A stretch of DNA of 61,315 nt, the filler included. It is 6 parts of 6 records of this genome, joined end to end, with 100 filler letters (N's around TTAATTAATTAA, not from the genome) between each part and the next. Parts side by side here need not be neighbours in the genome. Positions count along the whole stretch, not along the records: positions 13,974 to 24,396 come from SRR31156797_26552; positions 24,497 to 37,325 come from SRR31156797_26558; 4 more parts are not named here. One strand, 5' to 3'. Positions 19,220 to 28,881 of the stretch are shown one piece after another. The notes below the pieces were generated by a model. The model saw only the letters and a program-made list of their open reading frames with translations, was not told the origin of the DNA and made no database searches. Numbering within the stretch: position 1 is the stretch's first letter; every line of letters begins with the position of its first letter. Position numbers and translations under genes: made by a program.

Positions 19220-22200
19220 ATGAGAAACTTTACAATAATATTCTTGTTGGTATTTGCATGCGGATTGGTATACTCACAGGGTGAATCAATTGGTGACGAC
19301 GAAAATTTCACCTATCCCAATATTATTCCACCATCACCAACCGCTTATGAATTAGGTAAGTACGGAAACTTACCGGTTGGTTTATTCACCGGGACTCCCA
19401 ATATTAGCATTCCAATTTACACATATAAAACCAAAAATCTCGCCGTACCTATTTCCCTAAGTTATAGCACAAACGGTCTTAAGGTAGATCAACTCTCTTC
19501 AAACGTTGGTCTTGGGTGGAATTTAAATATGGGTGGTGTTGTAACCAGGGTTATACGCGATTTGGATGACCTGGAAGGAAGGTTGTATTATCCTGATGAA
19601 GTTCTTACCGGGCAAATGAATACACCAATGGCAATGGAATTTTTTAAAGTTGCACAGGAGGCTGAAATAGATTCAGAGCCAGATATTTATATGTATAATT
19701 TTAATGGATACTCAGGAAGTTTTGTGTTTGATAATCAAAAAAGGATCGTAATGCTCCCAGATAAGCCTTTAAATATTGAGATGACGTGTTTGGCATCGGA
19801 GTGTGGTTTCAAAATCACTACTCCCGATGGTGTAGAATACTTCTTTCTTGATGAGGAGCTTACAATGTCAAGAACCTATGGTGGTGGCGTCCACACTACA
19901 CCAACTACAAGTACAAGTTCGTGGTATTTAACCAAAATTGCACACTACTTGGGTGATACTATTTTTCTGGATTATACTGGCAACAGTTATAATTATACAT
20001 CTGGGAAATCTGAATCAATAAAAGTTCCTAAGGCTGGATCTATTATAAGCCCTTCGATAAGTTCATCATACCAATGGATCAATTTAACCGGATTAAACTT
20101 AAGCCATATCTATAGTAATAACCCCCAGAATGGAGAAGTTTTTATTAACTACAATACTAATCACCCTTCCATTAATGGTTTTAAGCTTGTTAGTGATATT
20201 CAAATCAAAAACCAGGCTAATGAACTTGTTGAAAGATGCGATCTTGATTATATAACCACTTCAAACAGTCGTATTTTCCTCGGGGAATTGACCTTTCTCG
20301 ACCCTTCTAAAATTTATGAATTCGATTATATTAACCCAGGGAGTTTCCCTCAACGGCTCTCGTTTGCACAAGATCATTGGGGGTATTACAATGGTCAGAA
20401 TGGCAACAGTACGCTTGTGCCCAAACCTGAAGGATACTATCAATTCAATAATTTTAGCAATCCCGCCAATCGTGAGCCTGATTTCACCTATTCTAAATTT
20501 GGATTACTTGAAAAAGTAACCTACCCGACCAAAGGAAGCACTGAACTAATTTATGAGACAAATTCCCATTATGGTGATGAAATAAGTTTCCCTGATAAAG
20601 AGTCAATCCAACTGGACATCACATCATACGAAGGTTATTACAGGTTGTCAGACACGATAACAATCAACAACATTCCATTTTCGCAAAAACTTGAGCTGAA
20701 GTATATGAATGTGAGTTATATTGACAGTGTTGAAATCTCATGTCCACCTTCTGATGAGAACCTGGAATTATCAGCCTACTTTGTGGTTATGAACAGCCAA
20801 AATCAAATCCAAACCATTGTTGATTGTACAAACCCATACATTAACTTTCAAACCATGGAAATATTAGAAGGCATGGCAGGCGATTGTTATTATGTTGATC
20901 TGGAAGCTGGAGAAGATTATTTTTTAGAATTGTATGTGAATAAACCCTGCATTACAGCAAATATTACGGTTGAATATTACAATCAATTACCAGATACAAT
21001 TCAGAAAAACATAGAAACGGGAGGGATCAGGATTTTCAAGACTATTGATTATGATCCGATTACCCAAAATAGAGACACTATTACATATTATTACGGGCCA
21101 CTTTCCGACTATCAAACATCTTCTGGTGATCTTGGGGTATCCCCTAGGTATTTATCAACGATTGAAAAATACACAGAAAAAGAAATCCCCTGTACATTCG
21201 ATATTGAAGAATTTTACCTCGTAAGTTCCAGTAGTTTAATGTCACTTTTCAGTTCTTCAGGTAGCAGCATTTGCTACGAATATGTTTCGATCAGTAGAGG
21301 AGATGAAAATTTTGGTGAAGGTGCTGAAGAACATAGGTTTATAATTAATCGTGACCTGCATGGAAATAACATCAAAGGTCAAAATATAATCACAGCACCA
21401 CTGTCAAATACAGGTTGGGATAATGGGTTGGAAAAGGCTGTGTCTTATTATAAAAATGATGGCTCAGGTGGATTTATCCTTCTAAATAAAACTGAAAATG
21501 AATACAAAACTGATGGCCGGGGTTTTGATCAGGTTTTAGGCTATACTGTTCGTAAAAGATACAACAAATCTTGTGTCCCAGATTATTCAATATCTTGTGA
21601 CGCTAGCAATGTTAATGATTTCAGACCATTTAAAAAATGCATTGCAGATCATAAACATACTTATGCCATCATAGGGGCCACGCCATGTATTGCATCGGGT
21701 GCAGAAAACGTATGGGATACCTTGTTTCACCCATGCTACTTCCACAATATCGGGGATACGGTAATGCCTTATTACATCGATAACCTGGATGTGATGGAAT
21801 ACAACAATAATTCCTACTGGCATTACTTGAATAAAACCACCAACTGGCAATATGACGAGGATGGTACAAACCCGCTCATAACTACTACAAAATATTATTA
21901 TGATAATCACGATCATCTTCAACTTACCCGTAGTGTTGCTTCAACCAGTGATGGTGACAGTATCATAACCTTTACCTACTATCCTGATGATATTGTGCAT
22001 CCGGATTCATTGCCCGGGGGAACACTTTCACAAGAAGAGTTTAACATGATTTCAGCACTAAAAAGTGATTCTTTATTCCGTATTGCAGAGCCAATTCAAA
22101 CCATGTCGTATGAAAATCAAAAGTTATTGTATACAAAACGCAAACTTTACGATAGCTGGTATGGTATTGTTTTACCATCGCTTGTAAGCAGTGCCAAAGG

Positions 22201-22636
22201 AACAAATGCTCTTGAGGAGCAGTACACTTACCATCAATATGATGCACGCGGAAATCCTGTTGAAATATCAAAATCCGGTGGAACACATGTTTCCTATCTC
22301 TGGGGCTATAATCATTCCAGGATAATAGCAGAAATAACAAATGCAACCTTTCAGCAGGTTTGTAATTCGCTTACAGTAACGTATGAGCAACTACAAAGCA
22401 AAACCGGTACTGAGTTACAGAATTTGATCAACATCCTGCGAAACGATTTATCTGATGCCTCGATAGTATCCTATACACATGACCCTATAATTGGGATTAA
22501 ATCACAAACCGATGCAAATGGCATCACCACACACTACGAATACGACAGCTATGGCCGGCTCGAAACAATTAGGGATGCTGATTCTGTTGTTCTGAAGCAT
22601 ATCGATTATCATTATCACGAACCACAAAATCCTTAA
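19220..22636 (+). CDS. Secreted YD/Rhs-repeat protein with TcB/SpvB-like N-terminus
   Basis: Signal peptide, PPSPTAYELGKYG..TGTPNISIPIY..PISLSY..VGLGWNL, DHWGYYNG, TYPTKGST, GGIRI and C-terminal TDANGITTHYEYDSYGRL. Confidence 0.8.
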   Translation: MRNFTIIFLLVFACGLVYSQGESIGDDENFTYPNIIPPSPTAYELGKYGNLPVGLFTGTPNISIPIYTYKTKNLAVPISLSYSTNGLKVDQLSSNVGLGWNLNMGGVVTRVIRDLDDLEGRLYYPDEVLTGQMNTPMAMEFFKVAQEAEIDSEPDIYMYNFNGYSGSFVFDNQKRIVMLPDKPLNIEMTCLASECGFKITTPDGVEYFFLDEELTMSRTYGGGVHTTPTTSTSSWYLTKIAHYLGDTIFLDYTGNSYNYTSGKSESIKVPKAGSIISPSISSSYQWINLTGLNLSHIYSNNPQNGEVFINYNTNHPSINGFKLVSDIQIKNQANELVERCDLDYITTSNSRIFLGELTFLDPSKIYEFDYINPGSFPQRLSFAQDHWGYYNGQNGNSTLVPKPEGYYQFNNFSNPANREPDFTYSKFGLLEKVTYPTKGSTELIYETNSHYGDEISFPDKESIQLDITSYEGYYRLSDTITINNIPFSQKLELKYMNVSYIDSVEISCPPSDENLELSAYFVVMNSQNQIQTIVDCTNPYINFQTMEILEGMAGDCYYVDLEAGEDYFLELYVNKPCITANITVEYYNQLPDTIQKNIETGGIRIFKTIDYDPITQNRDTITYYYGPLSDYQTSSGDLGVSPRYLSTIEKYTEKEIPCTFDIEEFYLVSSSSLMSLFSSSGSSICYEYVSISRGDENFGEGAEEHRFIINRDLHGNNIKGQNIITAPLSNTGWDNGLEKAVSYYKNDGSGGFILLNKTENEYKTDGRGFDQVLGYTVRKRYNKSCVPDYSISCDASNVNDFRPFKKCIADHKHTYAIIGATPCIASGAENVWDTLFHPCYFHNIGDTVMPYYIDNLDVMEYNNNSYWHYLNKTTNWQYDEDGTNPLITTTKYYYDNHDHLQLTRSVASTSDGDSIITFTYYPDDIVHPDSLPGGTLSQEEFNMISALKSDSLFRIAEPIQTMSYENQKLLYTKRKLYDSWYGIVLPSLVSSAKGTNALEEQYTYHQYDARGNPVEISKSGGTHVSYLWGYNHSRIIAEITNATFQQVCNSLTVTYEQLQSKTGTELQNLINILRNDLSDASIVSYTHDPIIGIKSQTDANGITTHYEYDSYGRLETIRDADSVVLKHIDYHYHEPQNP

Positions 22637-22638
22637 AA

Positions 22639-24396
22639 ATGAACTACAAACATTTCATCATACTTGTATTATTCCTTCCGTTAATTGGCTCAGCCCAGGT
22701 TGGTGATGATGGTTGGAATACTATCGAACGAACTGCCTTCGACTCAATAATAGAAGTAGCACGTGTATCCATAAGATTGAAACCAGGTTTTAGCACTTCT
22801 GGTGAATCCAGCTTTAAAGCATTCATCAATCCTGACCTTCCGTTAAATGGTGGGCAGGCAGTAGAAGATGGAGATTTTAACTTGAACTATGTACGAACCT
22901 TTGTGCCAACAAAAGATAACCGATCAACATTAGTACCGACACACAACAGTATTGCATTTGATGAGTGGCAGGAAAACATCGTTTACATTGACGGGTTGGG
23001 GAGAAAACTTCAGGAAGTAGCTGTTAAAGCTTCCCCTGCATTGACCGATGTGATTAAACATTTTGAATACGATAATTTGGGCAGGCAGGAAAAGGAATAT
23101 AATCCGTATGCGATTATGCAGGATGGAACCAATGGGCCTGGCGGATATCGAACAGAACCCGTTGACGAATTGGTAAGTTTTCATGGCTTTTATCATCCTG
23201 GTGATCAAAACAATGCCTATGTCACTACAACATTTGAAAAATCCAACCTAAACCGTGTTAAACAACAACAGCCGCCGGGAGCTGAATGGAGCACCAGGAA
23301 TGCACTGCCGGTAGAATACGAATATTCAACACAATTAACATCAGGAGAGGTCTATGTGTTAAAAATCCAAAACGATTCCATTCTGAAAAAGAATGGGTAT
23401 TACGCCAATTCAACACTAAACAAAACAACAGTTACTGATGAAAACGGAAATGTTTCGGTTGAATACAAAGATGTAACCGGAAATTTAGTGCTAAAAAAAA
23501 TCAACACCGGCACCGAATGGCTTAAAACCTATTATGCCTATGATGAATTCGGGCTTTTAAGATACGTTATACCACCCGAGGCATATAGTGATTTAGAAAC
23601 CGGTGGGTCTTATGATGCTTTTCAATTCGATGCAGATTGGTTGCTCGACTATTGTTATTACTATCAATACGATGAAAAGGACAGGTTAGCCATTAAAAGA
23701 CTCCCCGGCGCCGAACCGGTTTACATGGTTTATAACCAGCGCGACCAGCTCGTGCTTACCCAGGACGGCAACCAGCGCCAGGATACTACCTGGCTGTTTA
23801 CCAAGTACGATCCTTTTAACAGGCCTGTGCTCACCGGAAAATATAAACACACAGCTGTGCTGGACCAGCAAGCCATGCAAACCCTGGTAAACGCCGACAC
23901 TGTTTATTTTGAAGACTTTAATGAAACAGAACTCTTTGGCTATTCCAACAACGCTTTCCCGGATATTACCTCTACAGGTTGTGAAATATTTACCACCACG
24001 TGGTACGACGATTACGATTTTCTGACCATTTCAGAAATTCCTGCAGGTAACAGTTATGCTTTTGATGCCTCACAAATCACTTTTAACTATCTCGAAAACG
24101 GGCAGGAATCTTCACGCACCAAAGGGATGATAACAGGCAGCATGACGGCAATACTTCCCAACGGCGATATCACCTTGCCATCCGGGTTAAGCCAATTGTA
24201 TGCAGTGAGTTATTACGATAAGTATGGCCGGGTGGCACAAACCATCTCCGACAATCATTTGGGCGGGCAGGATGTGGTTTCGCACCAGGTAAATTTTACC
24301 GGCGACATCTTACTTACCAAAGAACAGCATAACAACGGATCCCAGACCGTAACCGTGCAACACACTTTTACCTACGACAACCAAAAACGGCTGCTC
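22639..24396 (+). CDS. Secreted DUF6443 / Rhs-repeat protein (3' truncated by contig end)
   Basis: Signal peptide, ARVSIRLKPGF motif, YIDGLGRKLQ..EYDNLGRQEKEY (DUF6443 style), YAYDEFGLLRYVIPP, YQYDEKDRL, TKYDPFNRP and YYDKYGRVAQT. Confidence 0.85.
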
Positions 24397-24496
24397 NNNN
24401 NNNNNNNNNNNNNNNNNNNNNNNNNNNNNNNNNNNNNNNNTTAATTAATTAANNNNNNNNNNNNNNNNNNNNNNNNNNNNNNNNNNNNNNNNNNNN
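24397..24496. other. Artificial contig linker
   Basis: Same 100-nt N / TTAATTAATTAA / N spacer. Confidence 0.98.
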
Positions 24497-24640
24497 TTCG
24501 TCTGCGTCGACGGCCCCGAGTTCGACGGCCATCTGGTGGACTGGGACTCCATGCTCAATAGAATGGGCTCCTACAAGGAGCAGGAAGAGGAGCACAACTG
24601 CCGCCTGGAAGGCAAGGCGAAGGAACTCCTGGAGGTATAA
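24497..24640 (+). CDS. nfnA: NfnA/SudB (ferredoxin:NADP reductase small subunit), C-terminal fragment; missing from the ORF track
   Basis: Manual translation gives FVCVDGPEFDGHLVDWDSMLNRMGSYKEQEEEHNCRL..., ending 1 nt before the next ATG. Confidence 0.85.
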   Translation, partial: FVCVDGPEFDGHLVDWDSMLNRMGSYKEQEEEHNCRLEGKAKELLEV

Positions 24641-24641
24641 G

Positions 24642-26132
24642 ATGACAGCATTTAAAGAAGCCGAAGTACTCCACAGCGAAGCGGAGAATCTGATCTCGGA
24701 ATACAATCTTCCCGCGGCGGCCGAAGGGCTCAAGCCCAAGGAAAGGCGGGCCATTCCCCAGCAGGACATGCCCTCCCAGAATCCCGCTCACAGAAGAAAC
24801 AATATGGAAGAGGTGGCCCTGGGCTACAGCGAGAGCCAGGTGATCGTAGAGGCCAACCGCTGCCTCAGCTGTAAGAACGCCCCCTGCGTCGCCGGCTGCC
24901 CGGTAAGTATCGACATCCCCGGATTTGTCGGCGCCGCCGCCAAGGGCGAATTCGACGAGGCCCTGGAGATCATCCAGGAAAGCAGCATGCTCCCCGCCAT
25001 CTGCGGAAGGGTCTGTCCCCAGGAGAAGCAGTGCATGGAGCTCTGCACAGTGGGCAAGATCTTCAAAGACCCCATGCAGTCGGTAGCCATCGGCAGAATC
25101 GAGAGATTCCTGGCCGACAGGGGCAGCAGCAAGGAGAAGTCTGCCGCCCGTCCCGCCGCCACGGGTAAGAAGGTGGCCATCGTGGGCTCCGGTCCCTCGG
25201 GACTGACCACCGCCGCCGACCTGGCCCGCCTGGGCCATGAGGTAACCGTCTTCGAGGCCTTTCACAAGGCCGGGGGCGTAACGGTCTACGGCATCCCCGA
25301 GTTCAGGCTGCCCAAGGAGATCGTCCGCCAGGAGGTCAGCAACCTCGAGGCCATGGGCGTCAAGTTCAAGTATGACTACCTGATCGGAAGAACACGGACC
25401 GTAAAGCAGCTTAAGGAATCCGACGGATTCGACGCCGTTTACATCGCCAACGGTGCGGGTCTGCCCAAGTTTATGAATATAGAAGGGGAAGACCTGGTGG
25501 GCGTGTTCTCGGCCAACGAGTACCTGACCCGGGCCAACCTGATGAAGGCCTACGACCGCGAGAAGGCGGCGACCCCCATCTATAACTCCAAAAAGGTCGC
25601 CGTCTTCGGCGGAGGAAATGTAGCCATGGACGCCGCCCGTACGGCCGTCCGTCTGGGAGCCGACGAGGTGCATATCATCTACCGCCGGACCATGGACGAG
25701 ATGCCCGCCCGTGTGGAAGAGGTTCACCACGCCCGGGAAGAGGGGGTTATCTTCGATCTTCTGACCAACCCGGTGAAGATCATCGGAGATGAGAACGGCC
25801 GGGTGAAGGCCATCGAGTGTCTGAAATACGAGCTGGGCGAGGCCGATGAGTCGGGACGCCGCCGTCCCGTGGCCGTAGAGGGCAGCGAGTTCCTGATGGA
25901 GATCGACACCTGTATCCCCGCCCTGGGCAACGGTTCCAATCCCCTGGTAACGGGAACCACCCCCGAACTGGACACCAACAAGTGGGGCAATATCACCGTC
26001 AACGAAGAGGGAGCCACCTCCATGGACGGCGTCTTCGCCGGAGGCGATATCGTGCAGGGCGCCGCCACGGTCATCCTGGCCATGGGCGACGGCCGTGTGG
26101 CCGCCAAGGGCATCCACAAGTACCTTTCGTAG
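24642..26132 (+). CDS. nfnB: NfnB/SudA, GltD-like subunit of electron-bifurcating transhydrogenase
   Basis: RCLSCKNAPCVAGCP, CGRVCPQEKQC, VGSGPSGL, GGGNVAMD and FAGGDIVQGAATVILA. It lies directly after nfnA. Confidence 0.88.
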   Translation: MTAFKEAEVLHSEAENLISEYNLPAAAEGLKPKERRAIPQQDMPSQNPAHRRNNMEEVALGYSESQVIVEANRCLSCKNAPCVAGCPVSIDIPGFVGAAAKGEFDEALEIIQESSMLPAICGRVCPQEKQCMELCTVGKIFKDPMQSVAIGRIERFLADRGSSKEKSAARPAATGKKVAIVGSGPSGLTTAADLARLGHEVTVFEAFHKAGGVTVYGIPEFRLPKEIVRQEVSNLEAMGVKFKYDYLIGRTRTVKQLKESDGFDAVYIANGAGLPKFMNIEGEDLVGVFSANEYLTRANLMKAYDREKAATPIYNSKKVAVFGGGNVAMDAARTAVRLGADEVHIIYRRTMDEMPARVEEVHHAREEGVIFDLLTNPVKIIGDENGRVKAIECLKYELGEADESGRRRPVAVEGSEFLMEIDTCIPALGNGSNPLVTGTTPELDTNKWGNITVNEEGATSMDGVFAGGDIVQGAATVILAMGDGRVAAKGIHKYLS

Positions 26133-26171
26133 ACAATAACAGTATCAATAAAAATTAAAAAAGTGACTGAG

Positions 26172-26200
26172 GGGCCCTTCCTGCGGGAAGGGCCCTTTTT
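26172..26200 (+). terminator. Rho-independent terminator after nfnB
   Basis: GGGCCCTTCC-TGCG-GGAAGGGCCC perfect 10-bp stem followed by TTTTT. Confidence 0.88.
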
Positions 26201-26289
26201 GATAAATTCCGGGACAGCGGCTGTATCAGCGATGCACTGGTATACGCTGTTGATCTTCCTGCCCCCCGGGGACCAATTCACCGGCGCTT

Positions 26290-26787
26290 TCAGTCGACGG
26301 TGAAATTATCGATAAGAGCCGCATAGAGCTCTCCGAGGACCAGACTGCCGCTGCCTGAGATTCGGGCCTCCCCCAGCACGTCGCTCCGTTCCTTCTTCAG
26401 CCAGCGGTAGAGCCGCGGCCCCGCCTCAGCGGCGCCGGAGGCGGCGGAAGCTATCCTGAACAGGGCTTTTATCTCATGACGGTCCATAAAGATCCTGGAA
26501 TCCCCGGAACAGATATTGAAGTACCGGGGGTTATCGCTCTGCTCAATGCCCAAAGGCTTGCGGGCAGGCGCCTTTTTTGCTGAGACGGCCCCCCTCTTCC
26601 CGGACGGAGCCTCATCGCCATCTCCAGTCTCATCCCGAAGACGCTCCTCCCTTTCCTCAAGGACCTTCCTGTTGTGCAGGAGCACCTCGGCCTGATTTTT
26701 CAGAAAGCCGAGGTCCTCTAACCCCAGCTCCTCCATAAAGGCTGAGATCTCCTGTATTAATGATTTCCGTTTATCCATAGCATTCAT
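26290..26787 (-). CDS. Hypothetical protein
   Basis: 165-aa ORF filling the gap, with a helical charged N-terminus and no recognised motif. The start may be 26778. Confidence 0.65.
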   Translation of the reverse strand: MNAMDKRKSLIQEISAFMEELGLEDLGFLKNQAEVLLHNRKVLEEREERLRDETGDGDEAPSGKRGAVSAKKAPARKPLGIEQSDNPRYFNICSGDSRIFMDRHEIKALFRIASAASGAAEAGPRLYRWLKKERSDVLGEARISGSGSLVLGELYAALIDNFTVD

Positions 26788-26868
26788 ATTACAGCATGAC
26801 GCCTGGACTTTCAGGATTACAGAATAAAAGCAATGGCTTGAGTTATCCCGGCGAAACAGGATTCAGAA

Positions 26869-27672
26869 TTATGCTGACATGAAAGGCTCTACTTCGGCGA
26901 TAATGACGTTAATACCTTGAGCCAGAAGCTGTTCGACATCCTCTTTAGGGCAGCCGCTATCGGTGATAATGATATCAACATCCTCAAGGGGAGTGGAAAC
27001 AAAGTTCGAGATCCTGCCGATCTTCGTATGGTCCGCAAGAACGATAACGGGGCCGTTGGTATTACGGACCATGGCCTGGTTGATGCTGCATTCCTGCTGT
27101 ACGGTAGTGGTAAGCCCCTTCTCCAGGGAGATCCCGTTTGTTCCCAGGAAGGTTTTATTACTGTGTATGTTCTCCAGGGCTTCAAGGGTCATAATGCCGA
27201 CGAGGGAACGGGACTGTTCCCGGTACTCCCCTCCCAGGACCATCAATTCAATGCCCGGACTCTTATTAGCCGTTATAGCCCAGGCATTATTCGTAAAAGC
27301 CTTAAGGTTACGGTTTCCGAGATTCTCAATAAATGAGAGGGTCGTTGAACCGCTATTGATAAAGACGATTTCATTATCATGCAGCAGTTCAACCGCCTTG
27401 GCAGCGATAGCCTGCTTTTCCGCAGCCATTCTGCCTCCCTTCTCTTGAAAATCCCGTTCCGGCATTCCGTTGACAGGAGTCGGTTTCAAACGGGCGCCGC
27501 CGTGGGTACGTTCCAACAGCTCCTGACGGCTCAACAGATCCAGATCCCTCCTGATGGTCACGGGAGAGACTCCCAGGAGTTCACTCAATTCATCGACCCT
27601 GGAGGGACCTCGTCTCTTCAAGAGATCGAGGAGGCGAAGATGTCTGTTGGCTGCGATACTGTTCGATGACAT
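26869..27672 (-). CDS. DeoR/GlpR-family regulator (UlaR-like by context)
   Basis: LGVSPVTIRRDL HTH, RTHGGA, EKQAIA, FINSGST and LADHTKIG. Confidence 0.92.
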   Translation of the reverse strand: MSSNSIAANRHLRLLDLLKRRGPSRVDELSELLGVSPVTIRRDLDLLSRQELLERTHGGARLKPTPVNGMPERDFQEKGGRMAAEKQAIAAKAVELLHDNEIVFINSGSTTLSFIENLGNRNLKAFTNNAWAITANKSPGIELMVLGGEYREQSRSLVGIMTLEALENIHSNKTFLGTNGISLEKGLTTTVQQECSINQAMVRNTNGPVIVLADHTKIGRISNFVSTPLEDVDIIITDSGCPKEDVEQLLAQGINVIIAEVEPFMSA

Positions 27673-27724
27673 ACTGACTCCGAAAAAAGTTGTCTATAAT
27701 ATTAACAAATCTTTACAGCTAAAA

Positions 27725-28867
27725 TCAATATCCGCCGTACTCCAGAGCCGCCTCCATCATGGCTACGATATTCTCAGGTGGAACATCCTTCTGTAGAATA
27801 TGGATGGGACTAAACACATATCCGCCTCCCGGCGCCAGGATATCCAGCTGCTTCCTGACCTCGGCCTTCACCTCCGCCGGTTTGGCATTGGGCAGGATAT
27901 TCTGAGAATCGACCCCGCCGCCCCAGAAGGTCAGGTCCTTTCCGTATTCCTCTTTCAGATGAGCCGGATCGATACCGCTGACGGTATACTGAATGGGGTT
28001 CAGCGCATCGATTCCCGCGTCGATCAGGTCACCCAGAACAGGCAGAATGGCGCCGTCCGAGTGCAGGATGATGCGAATCCGCTCCTTAGACATGTCCTTG
28101 ATACCCCGGAACAGCTTCTCATGCCGCGGCAGAACCAGAGATCTGTACATATCCGGATCTATCAGCATAGAGTCCTGAGCTCCCAGATCGTCGCCGATCC
28201 GGATCAGATTCAGGGCGGGCATGGCCTCAATGGCCTGACGCCACCAGTCCAGCTGCGCCTCAAGCTGCTTATCCATAATATAGGCGGCCGCATCAGGATC
28301 CAGGGCCAGAAGCATATAAAAATTACTCGATCCGCAGAGATTGAATCCCGCATCGAAGATCTCCAGCCCCAGGGGAAGATCGAGGATGGGAACCGCGCCG
28401 CTCCGAATGATGGCTTCGGCTTTGTCAGCCAAGCCGGCAATCCTCTCCGGCCTGGCATAATCCGGCCAATCCATTGCCTTCAGATCATCCACAGAGGGCA
28501 TATCTTCGAAGCGGGAGGCGCAGTGCTCAAAGTAAAGGCCATCCTTGCCTTTTTGTTTCCAGCTCACGCCCCATTCGTCAGTATACAGAGTATCATCCCC
28601 CTCGTGGCTCCATTTGAGATCGGGCCAGGGGGGAACCAGGGGCCTGAAGTCCGCCTGGAACCGACGGTAGATATCCTCGGAGATGACGGCGGTTCTCTGC
28701 CTGTAACGCTCAATCTGCAGACCTTCAGTTGGCTCGCCCAGATATTCCAGAAGCTGCGTGTAGCAGTCCATATGGATACTGGTTATCAGGTGTCCGCCGA
28801 AGTCTATGGGAACACGGTCTCCCTCTTTGTGCTGCAACGCTGAATCAATTCTATCCTGAGAGGTCAT
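27725..28867 (-). CDS. Uroporphyrinogen decarboxylase (URO-D/MtaA/CmuA) superfamily protein
   Basis: DRVPID, TDEWGV, GDDLGAQ, LHSDG, LNPIQ, FWGGGVD and APGGGYVFSPIH. AGGAG RBS before the ATG at 28867. Confidence 0.87.
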   Translation of the reverse strand: MTSQDRIDSALQHKEGDRVPIDFGGHLITSIHMDCYTQLLEYLGEPTEGLQIERYRQRTAVISEDIYRRFQADFRPLVPPWPDLKWSHEGDDTLYTDEWGVSWKQKGKDGLYFEHCASRFEDMPSVDDLKAMDWPDYARPERIAGLADKAEAIIRSGAVPILDLPLGLEIFDAGFNLCGSSNFYMLLALDPDAAAYIMDKQLEAQLDWWRQAIEAMPALNLIRIGDDLGAQDSMLIDPDMYRSLVLPRHEKLFRGIKDMSKERIRIILHSDGAILPVLGDLIDAGIDALNPIQYTVSGIDPAHLKEEYGKDLTFWGGGVDSQNILPNAKPAEVKAEVRKQLDILAPGGGYVFSPIHILQKDVPPENIVAMMEAALEYGGY

Positions 28868-28881
28868 AAATACTCCTGAAC

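Noticed and set aside
24555-26117. 520-aa minus-strand ORF
   Set aside because: Antisense shadow of nfnB.
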